From positions 104,435 through 168,434 of the forward strand of contig JBBDZU010000007.1 of the NCBI GenBank assembly GCA_040900055.1: 64,000 nucleotides of DNA. Reading direction: 5' to 3'. Below the pieces are notes generated by a model. It searched no databases and was not told where the DNA came from. It saw only the letters and a list, made by a program, of their open reading frames with translations. This DNA is from Candidatus Saccharimonadales bacterium (GTDB lineage Bacteria > Patescibacteriota > Saccharimonadia > Saccharimonadales > UBA10212). This document shows positions 26,959 to 36,753 of the stretch, one piece after another (the stretch's first letter is position 1; the number at the start of each line of letters is the position of its first letter). The position numbers and the translations under genes are program-made.

Positions 26959-28078
26959 GATTATTTATTGCTAGTTTATAGGTATCTTCATATAGTTGGC
27001 TGATTCGCCCGTAGTTAAATTGGGTAACGTAATCCTTAGCCCAAGTTAACCATAGATCCCGTAATGGCTGGTTAAAGGCCATAAGCTCCAGACGCCGGGC
27101 AAAATCGACTGTATCCAACGGATTGACCAACGATATCGCCCCGGTATCGGCCATAACACTTTGATAGCCAACATTATCGCCGGCTACTATGGGGCAACCG
27201 GCCGCCATAGCTTCCAGTAGCACAATGCCAAAACTTTCGCCGTAATGCGCAGGGGAGCAAAATAAGTCAGCCTTGTGTAAATGATAGATTTTATCTTCCT
27301 CAGAAATATATCCCAAAAAAGTCACGCGCGATATTTTGTTATCACGGACGTATTGTCTTAGCCTTTTCTCATCCGGGCCACTGCCGGCAATTAGAAGCTG
27401 CACGTCCTTTCGGCGTTTAGCCAGTAGCTCAAATGCGCGGAGCAGGTACTTTAGGCCCTTGCGGTTTTCTAGTCGACCAATATATAAAATTGTTTTAGTT
27501 TTAGGGTGGTGAATAGCCGAGACGGGCGAATTTTGATATTTTTCAATGTCGATGGCATTGGGCACGATTATGACTGGACGGTGGGAAAGAGTCTTAAAGT
27601 AATCGGTGGCTGGCTCAGATACGGCTGTAAAAACGTCAAAGTATTTAATCATTGGCTTGGTATAAGGAGTTATAACTGTGGTAAGAGTTTTAGCCGTCAT
27701 GGTGTCTAAGAATCGTCCGTGCATGGTAGCCACATGGGCTGCCTTAGATCGGACAACCAGCTGGCGGCTCCAAAACGGTATCCAGGGTTCATGAAAGTGT
27801 AAAACGTCAAATTGCTCCTGTTCAAATACTTCATCAATCGCATCAGTATCGACCGATACTGACCACTGCCAGGCAGTACCGGCAAAAACTTTAGTACTCA
27901 TAGAGGTTCCTAGAGTAATAATGTGTTCTGGGATCGCCTCTTTGTAGTCGCGAGGATGAGGGGTAATGATTTTGGCATAGTGCCCGCGCTTTTCGTGCTC
28001 GGCTCTTAAGGCCTTAACGCACTCTTGCACGCCACCGCCTCTAAACAAATGGTAGGGGCAAACAAGTCCAATTCGCAT
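26918..28078 (-). CDS. Glycosyltransferase family 4 (second copy, 41-nt overlap with downstream GT4)
   Basis: ESFGIVLLEAMAAGCPIVAGD motif. Confidence 0.8.
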   Translation of the reverse strand: MRIGLVCPYHLFRGGGVQECVKALRAEHEKRGHYAKIITPHPRDYKEAIPEHIITLGTSMSTKVFAGTAWQWSVSVDTDAIDEVFEQEQFDVLHFHEPWIPFWSRQLVVRSKAAHVATMHGRFLDTMTAKTLTTVITPYTKPMIKYFDVFTAVSEPATDYFKTLSHRPVIIVPNAIDIEKYQNSPVSAIHHPKTKTILYIGRLENRKGLKYLLRAFELLAKRRKDVQLLIAGSGPDEKRLRQYVRDNKISRVTFLGYISEEDKIYHLHKADLFCSPAHYGESFGIVLLEAMAAGCPIVAGDNVGYQSVMADTGAISLVNPLDTVDFARRLELMAFNQPLRDLWLTWAKDYVTQFNYGRISQLYEDTYKLAINNHEKRIRPKNRFRL

Positions 28079-28097
28079 CCTAAAATTATAGCCTAGA

Positions 28098-29027
28098 TTA
28101 GGCTATATCTTTCAGAAGCCGCCGGAGCTGTTCAGGGATATACGGAGATGCCTGCTCAGCCGATGCAATCACCGATGGCGAGTGAGCAGGCACATCAGCC
28201 CTAAATTGATAAAAATCTCTATATATCTGGCGCATATGCTTCTCAACGCTTTTGTTATTAAAGTAACGGTCGTTGTCTAAAGATACATGATAGACCGGCA
28301 AATCAATCTGTCTATCCGTTAGGTCTAATGTGAACATGGTTTTTCCCATGGACATATATGTCCGAGGGTCGTTGCATTGCCATAGGTGAATTTCAAAGGC
28401 AATTCTTTTGTCGCGCTCTGTCCGGTCTCCATCTACTAGCTTTGAGTGACGATTTTCCACTAAGCGATAGGCTGTTCTAATAAAGGGTCCTCTAAAGGCT
28501 ATATATTTTAAGAAGGCTGCTGGTAAATAGTGTGAAAAAAAGCTCGTGCCGTAGCGAAAAATCAAAAAGGTGCGCCTTTTAAAGATAAAGTCGTCCTTGT
28601 GGACTAAGCCAGCAATCGAGACAACCATGTCAACTTTTTTAATTATGTTTGGATGCCTTTGCAACAAACGTGTGACTACAACAAAACCTAGACTATAGCC
28701 GGCAATAACGAAACGTTTGTTCTTTAGGTATTTATTTATAAAGGCGGCTAAATAGTCAGCCATATTATCTAGCGTGGGCTGTTTTCCAATCTTGTAGAAA
28801 GTTTCCATGCCTCCAAAGCCTGGCAGGTCAGGCACGGTTATGCCGCTATACTTGTTTAAGAGCTCGGCTACACCAAAGATACGCTCTAAGCTCGTATGGT
28901 GACCATATATGAGTAAAATCTCGGTTCTTTTCCCGGCCGGAGGCGTCACACGCATCATCCGTCCCGATAGCCCATTTATTTCTAATGGCAACATATAATT
29001 ATCGACCGTTTTGGTGTTTTCAGGCAT
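28098..29027 (-). CDS. Alpha/beta-fold hydrolase
   Basis: GYSLG nucleophile elbow and a length of about 300 aa. Confidence 0.6.
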   Translation of the reverse strand: MPENTKTVDNYMLPLEINGLSGRMMRVTPPAGKRTEILLIYGHHTSLERIFGVAELLNKYSGITVPDLPGFGGMETFYKIGKQPTLDNMADYLAAFINKYLKNKRFVIAGYSLGFVVVTRLLQRHPNIIKKVDMVVSIAGLVHKDDFIFKRRTFLIFRYGTSFFSHYLPAAFLKYIAFRGPFIRTAYRLVENRHSKLVDGDRTERDKRIAFEIHLWQCNDPRTYMSMGKTMFTLDLTDRQIDLPVYHVSLDNDRYFNNKSVEKHMRQIYRDFYQFRADVPAHSPSVIASAEQASPYIPEQLRRLLKDIA

Positions 29028-29096
29028 TCTTAAGCTAGATTATACGACAGATACCTACCTCTGTAAAATTTACGAAGTATCTTCTGCGGCAATGTA

Positions 29097-29170
29097 TGGC
29101 TCCGGGACTTGGATTCGAACCAAGATTACTGGGACCAAAACCCAGCGTCCTACCATTAGACGATCCCGGA
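29097..29170 (-). tRNA. tRNA-Gln (anticodon TTG), CCA encoded
   Basis: The reverse complement is TCCGGGATCGTCTAATGGTAGGACGCTGGG-TTTTGGT-CCCAG...GGTTCGAATCC...TCCCGGAGCCA. Confidence 0.8.
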
Positions 29171-29271
29171 ATGACGTTTATCCATTTTATAGTCTAGCGC
29201 TACGTGAGTCCACAAGTCTCCTGTTTGTATGCTAGCGAACTAGAGAATTAGAGATCTTTTGATATGCTGTT

Positions 29272-29958
29272 TTGATGCTCAAACTCATTATCTTCGATTG
29301 GGATGATGTCTTTACTAGAGGTTCGAGTCGCGGTTATTACAAGTGCTATCACGAGGCATTAGTAAAAGTAGGGGCCGAGCTGAAGCGTGAGGAGGAATTT
29401 AGCCGATTAATCGAATATTGGGGAGCCTCGCACGATGTAATCTTAGCCCAACTTTTGCGTGAACGACCCGAATTAATTAAAAAAGCCAGCGAAATTTATG
29501 AAAAATTACTTTTTAGCCATAAGTTTTTAGGAAGCTTAAGCTTAGTACCGGGCAGCAATAAGCTGTTAACCAGACTGTCTAGTGACTATAAGCTAGCAAT
29601 TATAAGCGGCGCTCATCCTAAACTTCTAAAAGAAAAAGTTATGCCGCTATTTAAGGTGCCGAATGTTTTCTCGCACATTATTACGGCTTATGACATTAAA
29701 AGTCCGACTAGAGTCAAGCCTCATCCTTATGCCGTAAGAGCTATTATGAAAGCAGAAAAAGCCAAGCCTAAGGAGACCATAATGATAGGCGATGCCAAAA
29801 ACGACGTTTTGATGGCTCAAAATGCCAAAATCGAACCAGTGGTAGTTTTAACTGGTCACTTAAGCCCTAAAAATGCTGAAGAGCTAGGAGTTAAATACAT
29901 AATTAATAATGTCACTAAGCTGCCTGCAGTACTTGATCAGATTGCCGCTACAGCCTAA
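29272..29958 (+). CDS. HAD-superfamily hydrolase
   Basis: IFDWDDV motif I and GDAKND motif IV. Confidence 0.7.
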   Translation: MMLKLIIFDWDDVFTRGSSRGYYKCYHEALVKVGAELKREEEFSRLIEYWGASHDVILAQLLRERPELIKKASEIYEKLLFSHKFLGSLSLVPGSNKLLTRLSSDYKLAIISGAHPKLLKEKVMPLFKVPNVFSHIITAYDIKSPTRVKPHPYAVRAIMKAEKAKPKETIMIGDAKNDVLMAQNAKIEPVVVLTGHLSPKNAEELGVKYIINNVTKLPAVLDQIAATA

Positions 29959-30620
29959 AGATAGACTTTTTGCAGTTTGCTTAAGTTAGGCACAATCAAG
30001 TGTTGCTTACTGTTAACTATTAGACTCTTTTCCCTTAGCTCAATCATAGAAGTAGAGACAGTCTCGCGTGTAACGCTTAAAATATTAGCTAGTTCCTGAT
30101 GGGTCAGTGGTATTTTAATTTTGGTGCCTTCTGGAGTATTTTCGCCAAATCGTTCGGCAAAGTACGCCAATTGATGAGCTAACCTTTTATATGAGCTGCG
30201 TAAAGTAACATTCTCTAGGCCTTGTAGTGTTGAATGCAGTCGTTTGCCAGTCTCATTGAGTAGGTCTCGATAAATTAACGGGTGAGTTTTAACCGCTTCC
30301 ACCAGCTTCTCAACTTCAATTGTAAAAACCTCTGAATCACACATAGCTTCGTAGTAGAAAACTTCTCCATCTCTAGTCATAGGTTGATTGAAAAAGTTTT
30401 TCAGGGCCAAAGTAACGGGGAATATATCCCCCGGTCCATAGACTACTTGGACTCCCAATGAGCCTTCCGGTGTAATTAAATACCGTCGAACATAGCCGGA
30501 ATGAACTAGGTTCATAATTGGTCTATCCTCAGTCGTCTGGACAATCTGTTTCTTCACTAATTTATATTTTCGACCAGATAACAGCAGATTAACTAGTGGT
30601 CCAACAAAACCAGAGTTCAT
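29955..30620 (-). CDS. Crp/Fnr-family transcriptional regulator
   Basis: cNMP-binding-like N-terminal barrel and a C-terminal HTH (HQELANILSVTRETVSTSM). Confidence 0.75.
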   Translation of the reverse strand: MNSGFVGPLVNLLLSGRKYKLVKKQIVQTTEDRPIMNLVHSGYVRRYLITPEGSLGVQVVYGPGDIFPVTLALKNFFNQPMTRDGEVFYYEAMCDSEVFTIEVEKLVEAVKTHPLIYRDLLNETGKRLHSTLQGLENVTLRSSYKRLAHQLAYFAERFGENTPEGTKIKIPLTHQELANILSVTRETVSTSMIELREKSLIVNSKQHLIVPNLSKLQKVYL

Positions 30621-30718
30621 AGCTAAATTATATAATATTTTAACTATTTTACTGATGTAATGTTACGGAGAAGCATTAGCAATTTTACATCCTCTAAAAT
30701 TATGACATTATACTGGGG

Positions 30719-31675
30719 ATGAGCGAGATAAGACGCGAAAAAAAAGGTGATCGACTGGAGATAACCCCGGATATCGACGCTGCGTTGCAGTACCTAAGCG
30801 CTTTAAATGCCGACAGGCGCCGGGAATTATATAAGTTTGCTTATCCAAGCCGCAATATATGGAAAGAAATAGTTGCAGAACTAAAACTTAGGGGAGATCT
30901 TCAAGGTACCGAATCGATTTTAGATATTGGAACAGGTACAGGAGTATTTATTGAAGAGCTTCTGGCCAGTAATCATAGAGGGGCGATAATTGGAGCCGAT
31001 CTCTACATTCACCAGTTTCAGCCAGCGCATCAAAAGCTAAAGGAAAGAGCAGAGAGGGGTGAGCTTAGCAGAGGAGTAGGTTTTATTCGAACTGACGCAC
31101 AAAACATGATTGAAATACCTGACAACCATTATGATGTCGCCAGCTCTTTGTTTTTAATTTATCACTTGTCCTACCCGGCTCAACATATCCTTGAGATTTC
31201 CCGCGTAGTGAAGCCAGGCGGGCTATTTGTGGTCTCTACCAGAGACCCCGATAACTTGTTCAATCTATGGCATTACGCAGGGGAGGCCGCAGGTGCCATT
31301 GGAGCCAAGCAGCACGAGCCTTTTTATAGGCAGTGCGATATCGAAACAACAAAAAATCTACTTTATCCCTTTGAAGATATATATTCAGATACTCAAGACT
31401 CCGAGCTTCTAGTGCCTTTAGATATTAACCCAGGAGATCGCAGAGGTTTGAGCATGTACCGAGATGCTTTTCTTAGTCTTAGTGATAGTTTGATTGACTC
31501 TACAACAGGACAACCGATAGACGAGAATAAAATTAGAGATGTAGAGGCTTACTTTGAAAATCAAATTGCCCCAGAGCTTGAAGCCTTTAGCGTTATAAAT
31601 CTCGACCCTTATGGTAGGCCGAGCATACAGGATCGGGTTCACCAGGCATACTTTATATGCAGAAACATTAAATAA
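30719..31675 (+). CDS. Class I SAM-dependent methyltransferase
   Basis: ILDIGTGTGVF motif I. Confidence 0.7.
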   Translation: MSEIRREKKGDRLEITPDIDAALQYLSALNADRRRELYKFAYPSRNIWKEIVAELKLRGDLQGTESILDIGTGTGVFIEELLASNHRGAIIGADLYIHQFQPAHQKLKERAERGELSRGVGFIRTDAQNMIEIPDNHYDVASSLFLIYHLSYPAQHILEISRVVKPGGLFVVSTRDPDNLFNLWHYAGEAAGAIGAKQHEPFYRQCDIETTKNLLYPFEDIYSDTQDSELLVPLDINPGDRRGLSMYRDAFLSLSDSLIDSTTGQPIDENKIRDVEAYFENQIAPELEAFSVINLDPYGRPSIQDRVHQAYFICRNIK

Positions 31676-31772
31676 AAGAACAGCGGCCCTTTTCTACCTG
31701 AGCTTATCTTATACTGGGCTCAAATGTATGCCGCAGTGTCAGGCAAAGGACCGCCACATTTATCAACCCGAC

Positions 31773-31806
31773 CTCCAGTTTAAGTCGCCTCTAACTTAAG
31801 CTGGAG
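31773..31806. other. Near-perfect 12-bp-stem hairpin without U-tract
   Basis: ctccagtttaag-tcgcctctaa-cttaagctggag, with 11 of 12 positions complementary, lying between convergent gene ends. Confidence 0.4.
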
Positions 31807-31837
31807 CGGTTCGATACAAATTGTCGAAAGTGCTGGC

Positions 31838-32032
31838 CTATACTAACTGGTGTTTGATCTTGCGCCAGCGGCGTACTTGGAGTTGTCTGGATTTTTGCCT
31901 CCAGCTGTGCTCCGTTTCGTCCTCCAGGTCGTCTATCGTTAGATCCGATAGTTTAGTCGGTCGTGTTAGGATGTACTTGGTACTTCCTATGTCCCGAGTA
32001 ATAGAACCTGCGAACGCGCGATAGCTCCCCAT
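31838..32032 (-). CDS. Hypothetical 64-aa protein
   Basis: A perfect SD AAAGGAGGAG sits 6 nt upstream of the ATG on the minus strand. No family recognised. Confidence 0.4.
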   Translation of the reverse strand: MGSYRAFAGSITRDIGSTKYILTRPTKLSDLTIDDLEDETEHSWRQKSRQLQVRRWRKIKHQLV

Positions 32033-32229
32033 GCTAACTCCTCCTTTTAAGTTATTAGCAAGGACATAATAGCCCGCCCTGGATCACTGGGCTGTCAGGC
32101 ATTTATCACCGACCTTGTATGCTATCTAACATTTCCCCAAAATTAAGCTCCGCATATCCTCAATCACGTATAATAACTACCGACTTGTATTCACAGGTGT
32201 AATTCTGACAACTTATACACAGCGACTTT

Positions 32230-32895
32230 ATGCAAATCTTAGAATCTCAAACTGCCACAGTAAATAAGACTGCGGATTTCGTCGCTAAGACGTTAGCCGA
32301 ACGCTTAAGGTGTGGGCAAAGTGTGCTGTGGTTGGTCCCTGGAGGCTCAGCAGCGACTGTAGCAGTTAGGGTGAGTCAGAAGCTAAAGACTGTACCGCAA
32401 GCAAAGCTAACAGTATCTTTAACAGACGAACGCTTTGGTCGTCCCGCCCATACCGACTCAAATTGGGAACAGCTGGGGGAAGCCGGTTTCCGCCTAAATG
32501 GGGCTGCTTTGCAGCCTGTATTGCAGGGCAAATCTCTGGCACAAACTGTTTTAGATTTTGAAAGAACGCTGGAAAAAGAACTGCGCCAGGCCGATTATAA
32601 AATTGGATTATTTGGTATTGGTGAAGATGGTCATACAGCGGGAATTCTACTGAAATCTGTTGCTCTAAAGACTAAGATGCTAGTAGCTAGCTTCCAAGGC
32701 CCGGATTTTGCGAGGATAACTATTACACCACAGGCTATCGCTAGCTTGGACTTAGCTATTGTTTATGCGCTAGGGAAGGCGAAATACCAGGCTATTAGGA
32801 GTCTAAAAGAAAACCAAAGCCTGGCAAAGCAGCCTGCTCAAGCCTTAAAACAGGCTAAGCGGTTAGTAATTTTTACTGATCAGTCTATTAACTAG
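32230..32895 (+). CDS. pgl: 6-phosphogluconolactonase (NagB/Pgl family)
   Basis: GIGEDGHTAG motif. Confidence 0.7.
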   Translation: MQILESQTATVNKTADFVAKTLAERLRCGQSVLWLVPGGSAATVAVRVSQKLKTVPQAKLTVSLTDERFGRPAHTDSNWEQLGEAGFRLNGAALQPVLQGKSLAQTVLDFERTLEKELRQADYKIGLFGIGEDGHTAGILLKSVALKTKMLVASFQGPDFARITITPQAIASLDLAIVYALGKAKYQAIRSLKENQSLAKQPAQALKQAKRLVIFTDQSIN

Positions 32896-33692
32896 CGAAC
32901 TGGCAGTAGCCGATAAATACTAGAAGGGTAATCGGAGAAAGCTGGTAGACCAAAAAACTGCTCTAATGTTTGGCCGCTATCCTTAATCTGAGTAGCTAAT
33001 TCTTTACCGACATACCGTAAATGCCAGGGTTCGAAATCATATCCGGTTAGAGACTGCTTATCTTTTTCATATCGAACAAAATAACCAAATCTGTGAGCAT
33101 TTTGGGTAATCCATGCACCCTCTTCCAGATCAGCAAAACATTTTAGGAGCTCGCATCTACGGCTCACAGCTCCAACGTCGGCCGCAAGACCCGTTTGATG
33201 CTCGCTATGGCCAGCACGAGCGCTGGTGGCGTCTGAATAGGCTTGTCCGTAAGCCTTAACGTAGTTGGTGTAGACAACCTGTTGAGTAGCATAGCTCCGA
33301 TAACCACTGACTAACATCAATTTGATGCCTGCGCTTGATGCGTCGGCAAATAGATTTTCCAATTTAGAGGCGGCGTCGCTTCTCAAAAGCATATTATCGG
33401 AGCTTCTCGAGTCCCTTAAGCTAACCGCTGGTACCCCTAAATTGCCTGGCCTGTAATCTTTTGGTAATTGACGGCCTTTATTGACAATTACCCAAAGGCT
33501 AGTAGCCTCATTAAGCGAATGCTGGGATTTATTAAATTGATTGATTTTCTTGCCAGACTCCTTAGGCGAAGATATAGGCCGATCTATCTTGGAGTCAGAT
33601 AGTTTCTCATAGCCCAAGCCAAGGCTGGTTAACAAGGCTATGACTAAGATGATAATAAAAATGGCTAGATTTTTGTTGATACGCCTTGGCAT
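32892..33692 (-). CDS. VanY-like D-Ala-D-Ala carboxypeptidase (peptidase M15B), membrane-anchored
   Basis: SEHQTGLAADV and EPWHLRYVG motifs, with an N-terminal TM helix. Confidence 0.8.
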   Translation of the reverse strand: MPRRINKNLAIFIIILVIALLTSLGLGYEKLSDSKIDRPISSPKESGKKINQFNKSQHSLNEATSLWVIVNKGRQLPKDYRPGNLGVPAVSLRDSRSSDNMLLRSDAASKLENLFADASSAGIKLMLVSGYRSYATQQVVYTNYVKAYGQAYSDATSARAGHSEHQTGLAADVGAVSRRCELLKCFADLEEGAWITQNAHRFGYFVRYEKDKQSLTGYDFEPWHLRYVGKELATQIKDSGQTLEQFFGLPAFSDYPSSIYRLLPVR

Positions 33693-33694
33693 GT

Positions 33695-35431
33695 CTAGTC
33701 TACTAAATAATCCTTGCAGTCTGGGTTAGGTTGATTCTTTAGCCGCTCGGTAATATCGCGGTAGTCGTAAATTATAAACTTATTGCCAGTTGAAAAGTGG
33801 CAATCTGGCAACATGCTTAAGTCGTAGCCAAGGTAACGGTTTAATACGAACCTAAAGACATTTACCGAAGAATCCATCTTCGCTACTTCATTCGGGGGCA
33901 AGCCTGGCATGTAGTAACTAGCTAAAATACCTTGTTTTTGTTTAAGTTCGGCTAAAGGCAAGTCAGCTATGTCGTAGTAATTATTAGAAGTAAGAGCGTG
34001 GCGAAATTGTTTGGGGTAGGCGCCTTCGTCTGGCTGGATAATAATTACAGCTTCGGGCGAGTTTGTGCGAATATGGCTTATTAACTCTGTAAATCTTTTG
34101 TTTAGGTAAGTAATTTCGTTAGTGTATTTTATCTTTTCATCAACTCCAATGTCGGTTCGGTTAGGGTCGTAGTTTGGCTTGGACCCATCGGCGTCAAAAA
34201 TATATGGATCGTGCGGGGCTAAGATATGGGCAAAAACAAATTTGGGCATATTTTGGTCAACCTTGGCACCTAAACTCTTTAGGGCCGACATTTGGCGTTC
34301 GAAATTTTCTGTAGGATTTCGGTCAAGGTCATATTTTAAAACAGCCGTATCTCCGACCGTTAGTCCCTTCTTTAGCCACGGTGATAGAATACTTTTGTTG
34401 ATAATGTCCCTCTCTAGGTCACTTAAGAAAATTCGCCAACCGAAAAGATTTAACCGAAAAGATATGGCGGGATCACGATCGGCTTTTATGCCTATGCGGG
34501 TGTAGTCTGACCACGAGCTAACTTGGATGTAGTTGTAACCGTTTTGTTTTAAGGCTTGCGCCACAGGCGGGTTTTTTAAAATGCTGCGGTAAGGAAAGGC
34601 TGCCTGCCAAGAGCCGGACTTAGCGAATTTTTCCTCCAGGTCAGGAAAATAGTTCATGGCTAGTGTTGACGATAGCGAAGACATAGTAAACGGATAATTT
34701 GCGTATGCGGACGGGCGATTAACGAAGCCTTGTGCTTGCAAAAAGTTTAAGAAGGCGGAGTTGTCGTACTTGTAAACTTCCTTTAAGGCCTCGGCGCTGG
34801 TATAACGGTCAATATTGAGATAATAGATGTCCGGCTTGGTTACCGTTGTCTGACTTGGCTGCGGTAGACTAATGGCAGGGTAGGAGTAGCTAAGTTGATC
34901 AGCGATTGTCACCAGGCGAATGCCCCCTCTTGCAAGCTGCAAGCCAAAAATAAACACCGTTGTGAACAAAATAACCTTCAGCGGCTGCAAAGACTGCAGC
35001 CAGCTTAATCTGACGGTCAATCGAGCTAGCACAAATCCCAGCAAGCCAGCGGCCAGGGCCGCAGTAACCCCCAACACCAGGCTGTCCGTGAAATTCGTTG
35101 ATAAGCCGCTGGGAATAAGCTCTTTTATAAATTGACTCAAGCTCCAGCCGGCTAAGTGGGCGTAATTATAAAATCCAAAGCTAAGCGTTAGCGTTGCCAC
35201 GTGAGTAGCTAGACCCGGTCCAAAAATTACACGATAACCATAAAATACTGCACTAACTAATACGCTAAATAAAAGAACCGGTATAGCAATCTCGGTAGGG
35301 TATTGAAAGTCGGAGTTTTGAATCCACCGGACTAAAAGTAGCGTAGCTATAAATAATACTGCTGGTAGCGGTGAATCAGCCAGCCGATAAATTATTTTTT
35401 TGATTTTATTGGATAGATAAAATAGAGGCAT
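33695..35431 (-). CDS. Membrane-anchored sulfatase/LtaS-like (alkaline-phosphatase superfamily) protein
   Basis: About five N-terminal TM helices then a large extracytoplasmic domain with the VFAHILAPHDPY motif. Confidence 0.5.
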   Translation of the reverse strand: MPLFYLSNKIKKIIYRLADSPLPAVLFIATLLLVRWIQNSDFQYPTEIAIPVLLFSVLVSAVFYGYRVIFGPGLATHVATLTLSFGFYNYAHLAGWSLSQFIKELIPSGLSTNFTDSLVLGVTAALAAGLLGFVLARLTVRLSWLQSLQPLKVILFTTVFIFGLQLARGGIRLVTIADQLSYSYPAISLPQPSQTTVTKPDIYYLNIDRYTSAEALKEVYKYDNSAFLNFLQAQGFVNRPSAYANYPFTMSSLSSTLAMNYFPDLEEKFAKSGSWQAAFPYRSILKNPPVAQALKQNGYNYIQVSSWSDYTRIGIKADRDPAISFRLNLFGWRIFLSDLERDIINKSILSPWLKKGLTVGDTAVLKYDLDRNPTENFERQMSALKSLGAKVDQNMPKFVFAHILAPHDPYIFDADGSKPNYDPNRTDIGVDEKIKYTNEITYLNKRFTELISHIRTNSPEAVIIIQPDEGAYPKQFRHALTSNNYYDIADLPLAELKQKQGILASYYMPGLPPNEVAKMDSSVNVFRFVLNRYLGYDLSMLPDCHFSTGNKFIIYDYRDITERLKNQPNPDCKDYLVD

Positions 35432-35741
35432 CTGACTGCCCTTAAGTATATAACGTCCGGGCCTAGGGTGAACTCTATCTTAAAGTAGCTACTTCTTCTT
35501 TGGTGTCGACTTTGTAAAAAGCGAGCGAGCCTTTTGGGTAATGCCCCCGAATAAGTTTCGCCCAAATACGGCTATTCCAACGACTAGGCCAATAAGCGAC
35601 TGTATAACTAAGCTGCCTGTACCCGGGTCGATGTAGCTATAATATGAACCTAAATCCAAAATGATTCTCCCTTATAAGTCGAGGATTTGTGAGGAAATTC
35701 AACAGCCAGTGTAGCATGAATCCTAATCTGTTGAAAGACAG

Positions 35742-36671
35742 CTAGTCTATGTTCTTAAATCGGTCGGCTGCTGTTTGCTTCCCTTGGCGGTGCCTTAAAC
35801 TAATTTCTGTAGCCGGCTTTTTAAAAAAGCTAACCACGAAAGGTGCCGCCAAATAAGCAGCTAATGCGTAAAGGACGCCAAGCGCTACATCAAAAACATA
35901 GTGCTCACCCTGATAGACCATGCCAATAAATAGTATCGCCGGATAAGTTACTGCTACCAGGCCAAGTTTTCGCCCGTAAAATTTATAAACGAACAAAAAG
36001 ACTAAAAAAGCCCAAGCAGCATGCAGTGAAGGTACAGCCGCTACGGGGTTGGGCGAAATGTGGTTATAGATCGACGGAAAGTCTTCTAACCCAAAGGCCC
36101 ACCAAACGTCAGATGAAATGCGAGTTATTGGTTCTATATGCCCGGTTTGGGCCGCCAGCCAAGGCGGTGCCGCAGGGAAGAATAAGAAGGTAAAGAAAGC
36201 GGTAAACGTCACCAAAACAAAGGCGGCGATGTAGCGAAAGTAATAGGCCTCTTTAGTCTTCCATATCAAAATAGCCAAACCAATGGGTAAAACAAAATGC
36301 AAAAGATACGGAAAATAAAAGACAAAATCATACCACCTCACTTGGCCGTCCCATAATAGGTTCTGTAATGAGGCTGTAGGCAAGCTGCCAAACAGCCAAT
36401 TGTCAAAAGCCGGAGGTAAAGAATAGTTAACGTAGGTATTTAGTTGGTCAACAGCGCCCCTGAAAGAATCATAGACCAGCAATATAATTACAAAGGGTAA
36501 CAATCGTTTTAGCATAAACAACGCTTGGCGAAAAATCATAAAGAAAAAGAAAAGATAAATAATAATTTTATCAGGAGTTGGGAAACTAGGTTTACGAACA
36601 AATACAATTGTCAGCGAGGCAGTAAACAGTAAACCGATCAATTGCCCTACTGAAATCTTTGGTTTTTTCAT
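35742..36671 (-). CDS. PAP2-superfamily membrane phosphatase
   Basis: PSLHAAWA (PSGH-like) and GEHYVFDV (SRx5Hx3D-like) motifs. Start at internal ATG 36671 (MKKPKISV) avoids overlap with DoxX. Confidence 0.6.
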   Translation of the reverse strand: MKKPKISVGQLIGLLFTASLTIVFVRKPSFPTPDKIIIYLFFFFMIFRQALFMLKRLLPFVIILLVYDSFRGAVDQLNTYVNYSLPPAFDNWLFGSLPTASLQNLLWDGQVRWYDFVFYFPYLLHFVLPIGLAILIWKTKEAYYFRYIAAFVLVTFTAFFTFLFFPAAPPWLAAQTGHIEPITRISSDVWWAFGLEDFPSIYNHISPNPVAAVPSLHAAWAFLVFLFVYKFYGRKLGLVAVTYPAILFIGMVYQGEHYVFDVALGVLYALAAYLAAPFVVSFFKKPATEISLRHRQGKQTAADRFKNID

Positions 36672-36753
36672 TCGATCCAATTGTAACAAAGACTGCCATT
36701 GCAAACCTTGAAGCATGAGGGGTATGATGAATTTAATAATTGGGGATTTTATT

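Noticed and set aside
29011-29235. 74-aa plus-strand ORF
   Set aside because: It overlaps tRNA-Gln on the opposite strand and that gene's promoter region, and has no SD.
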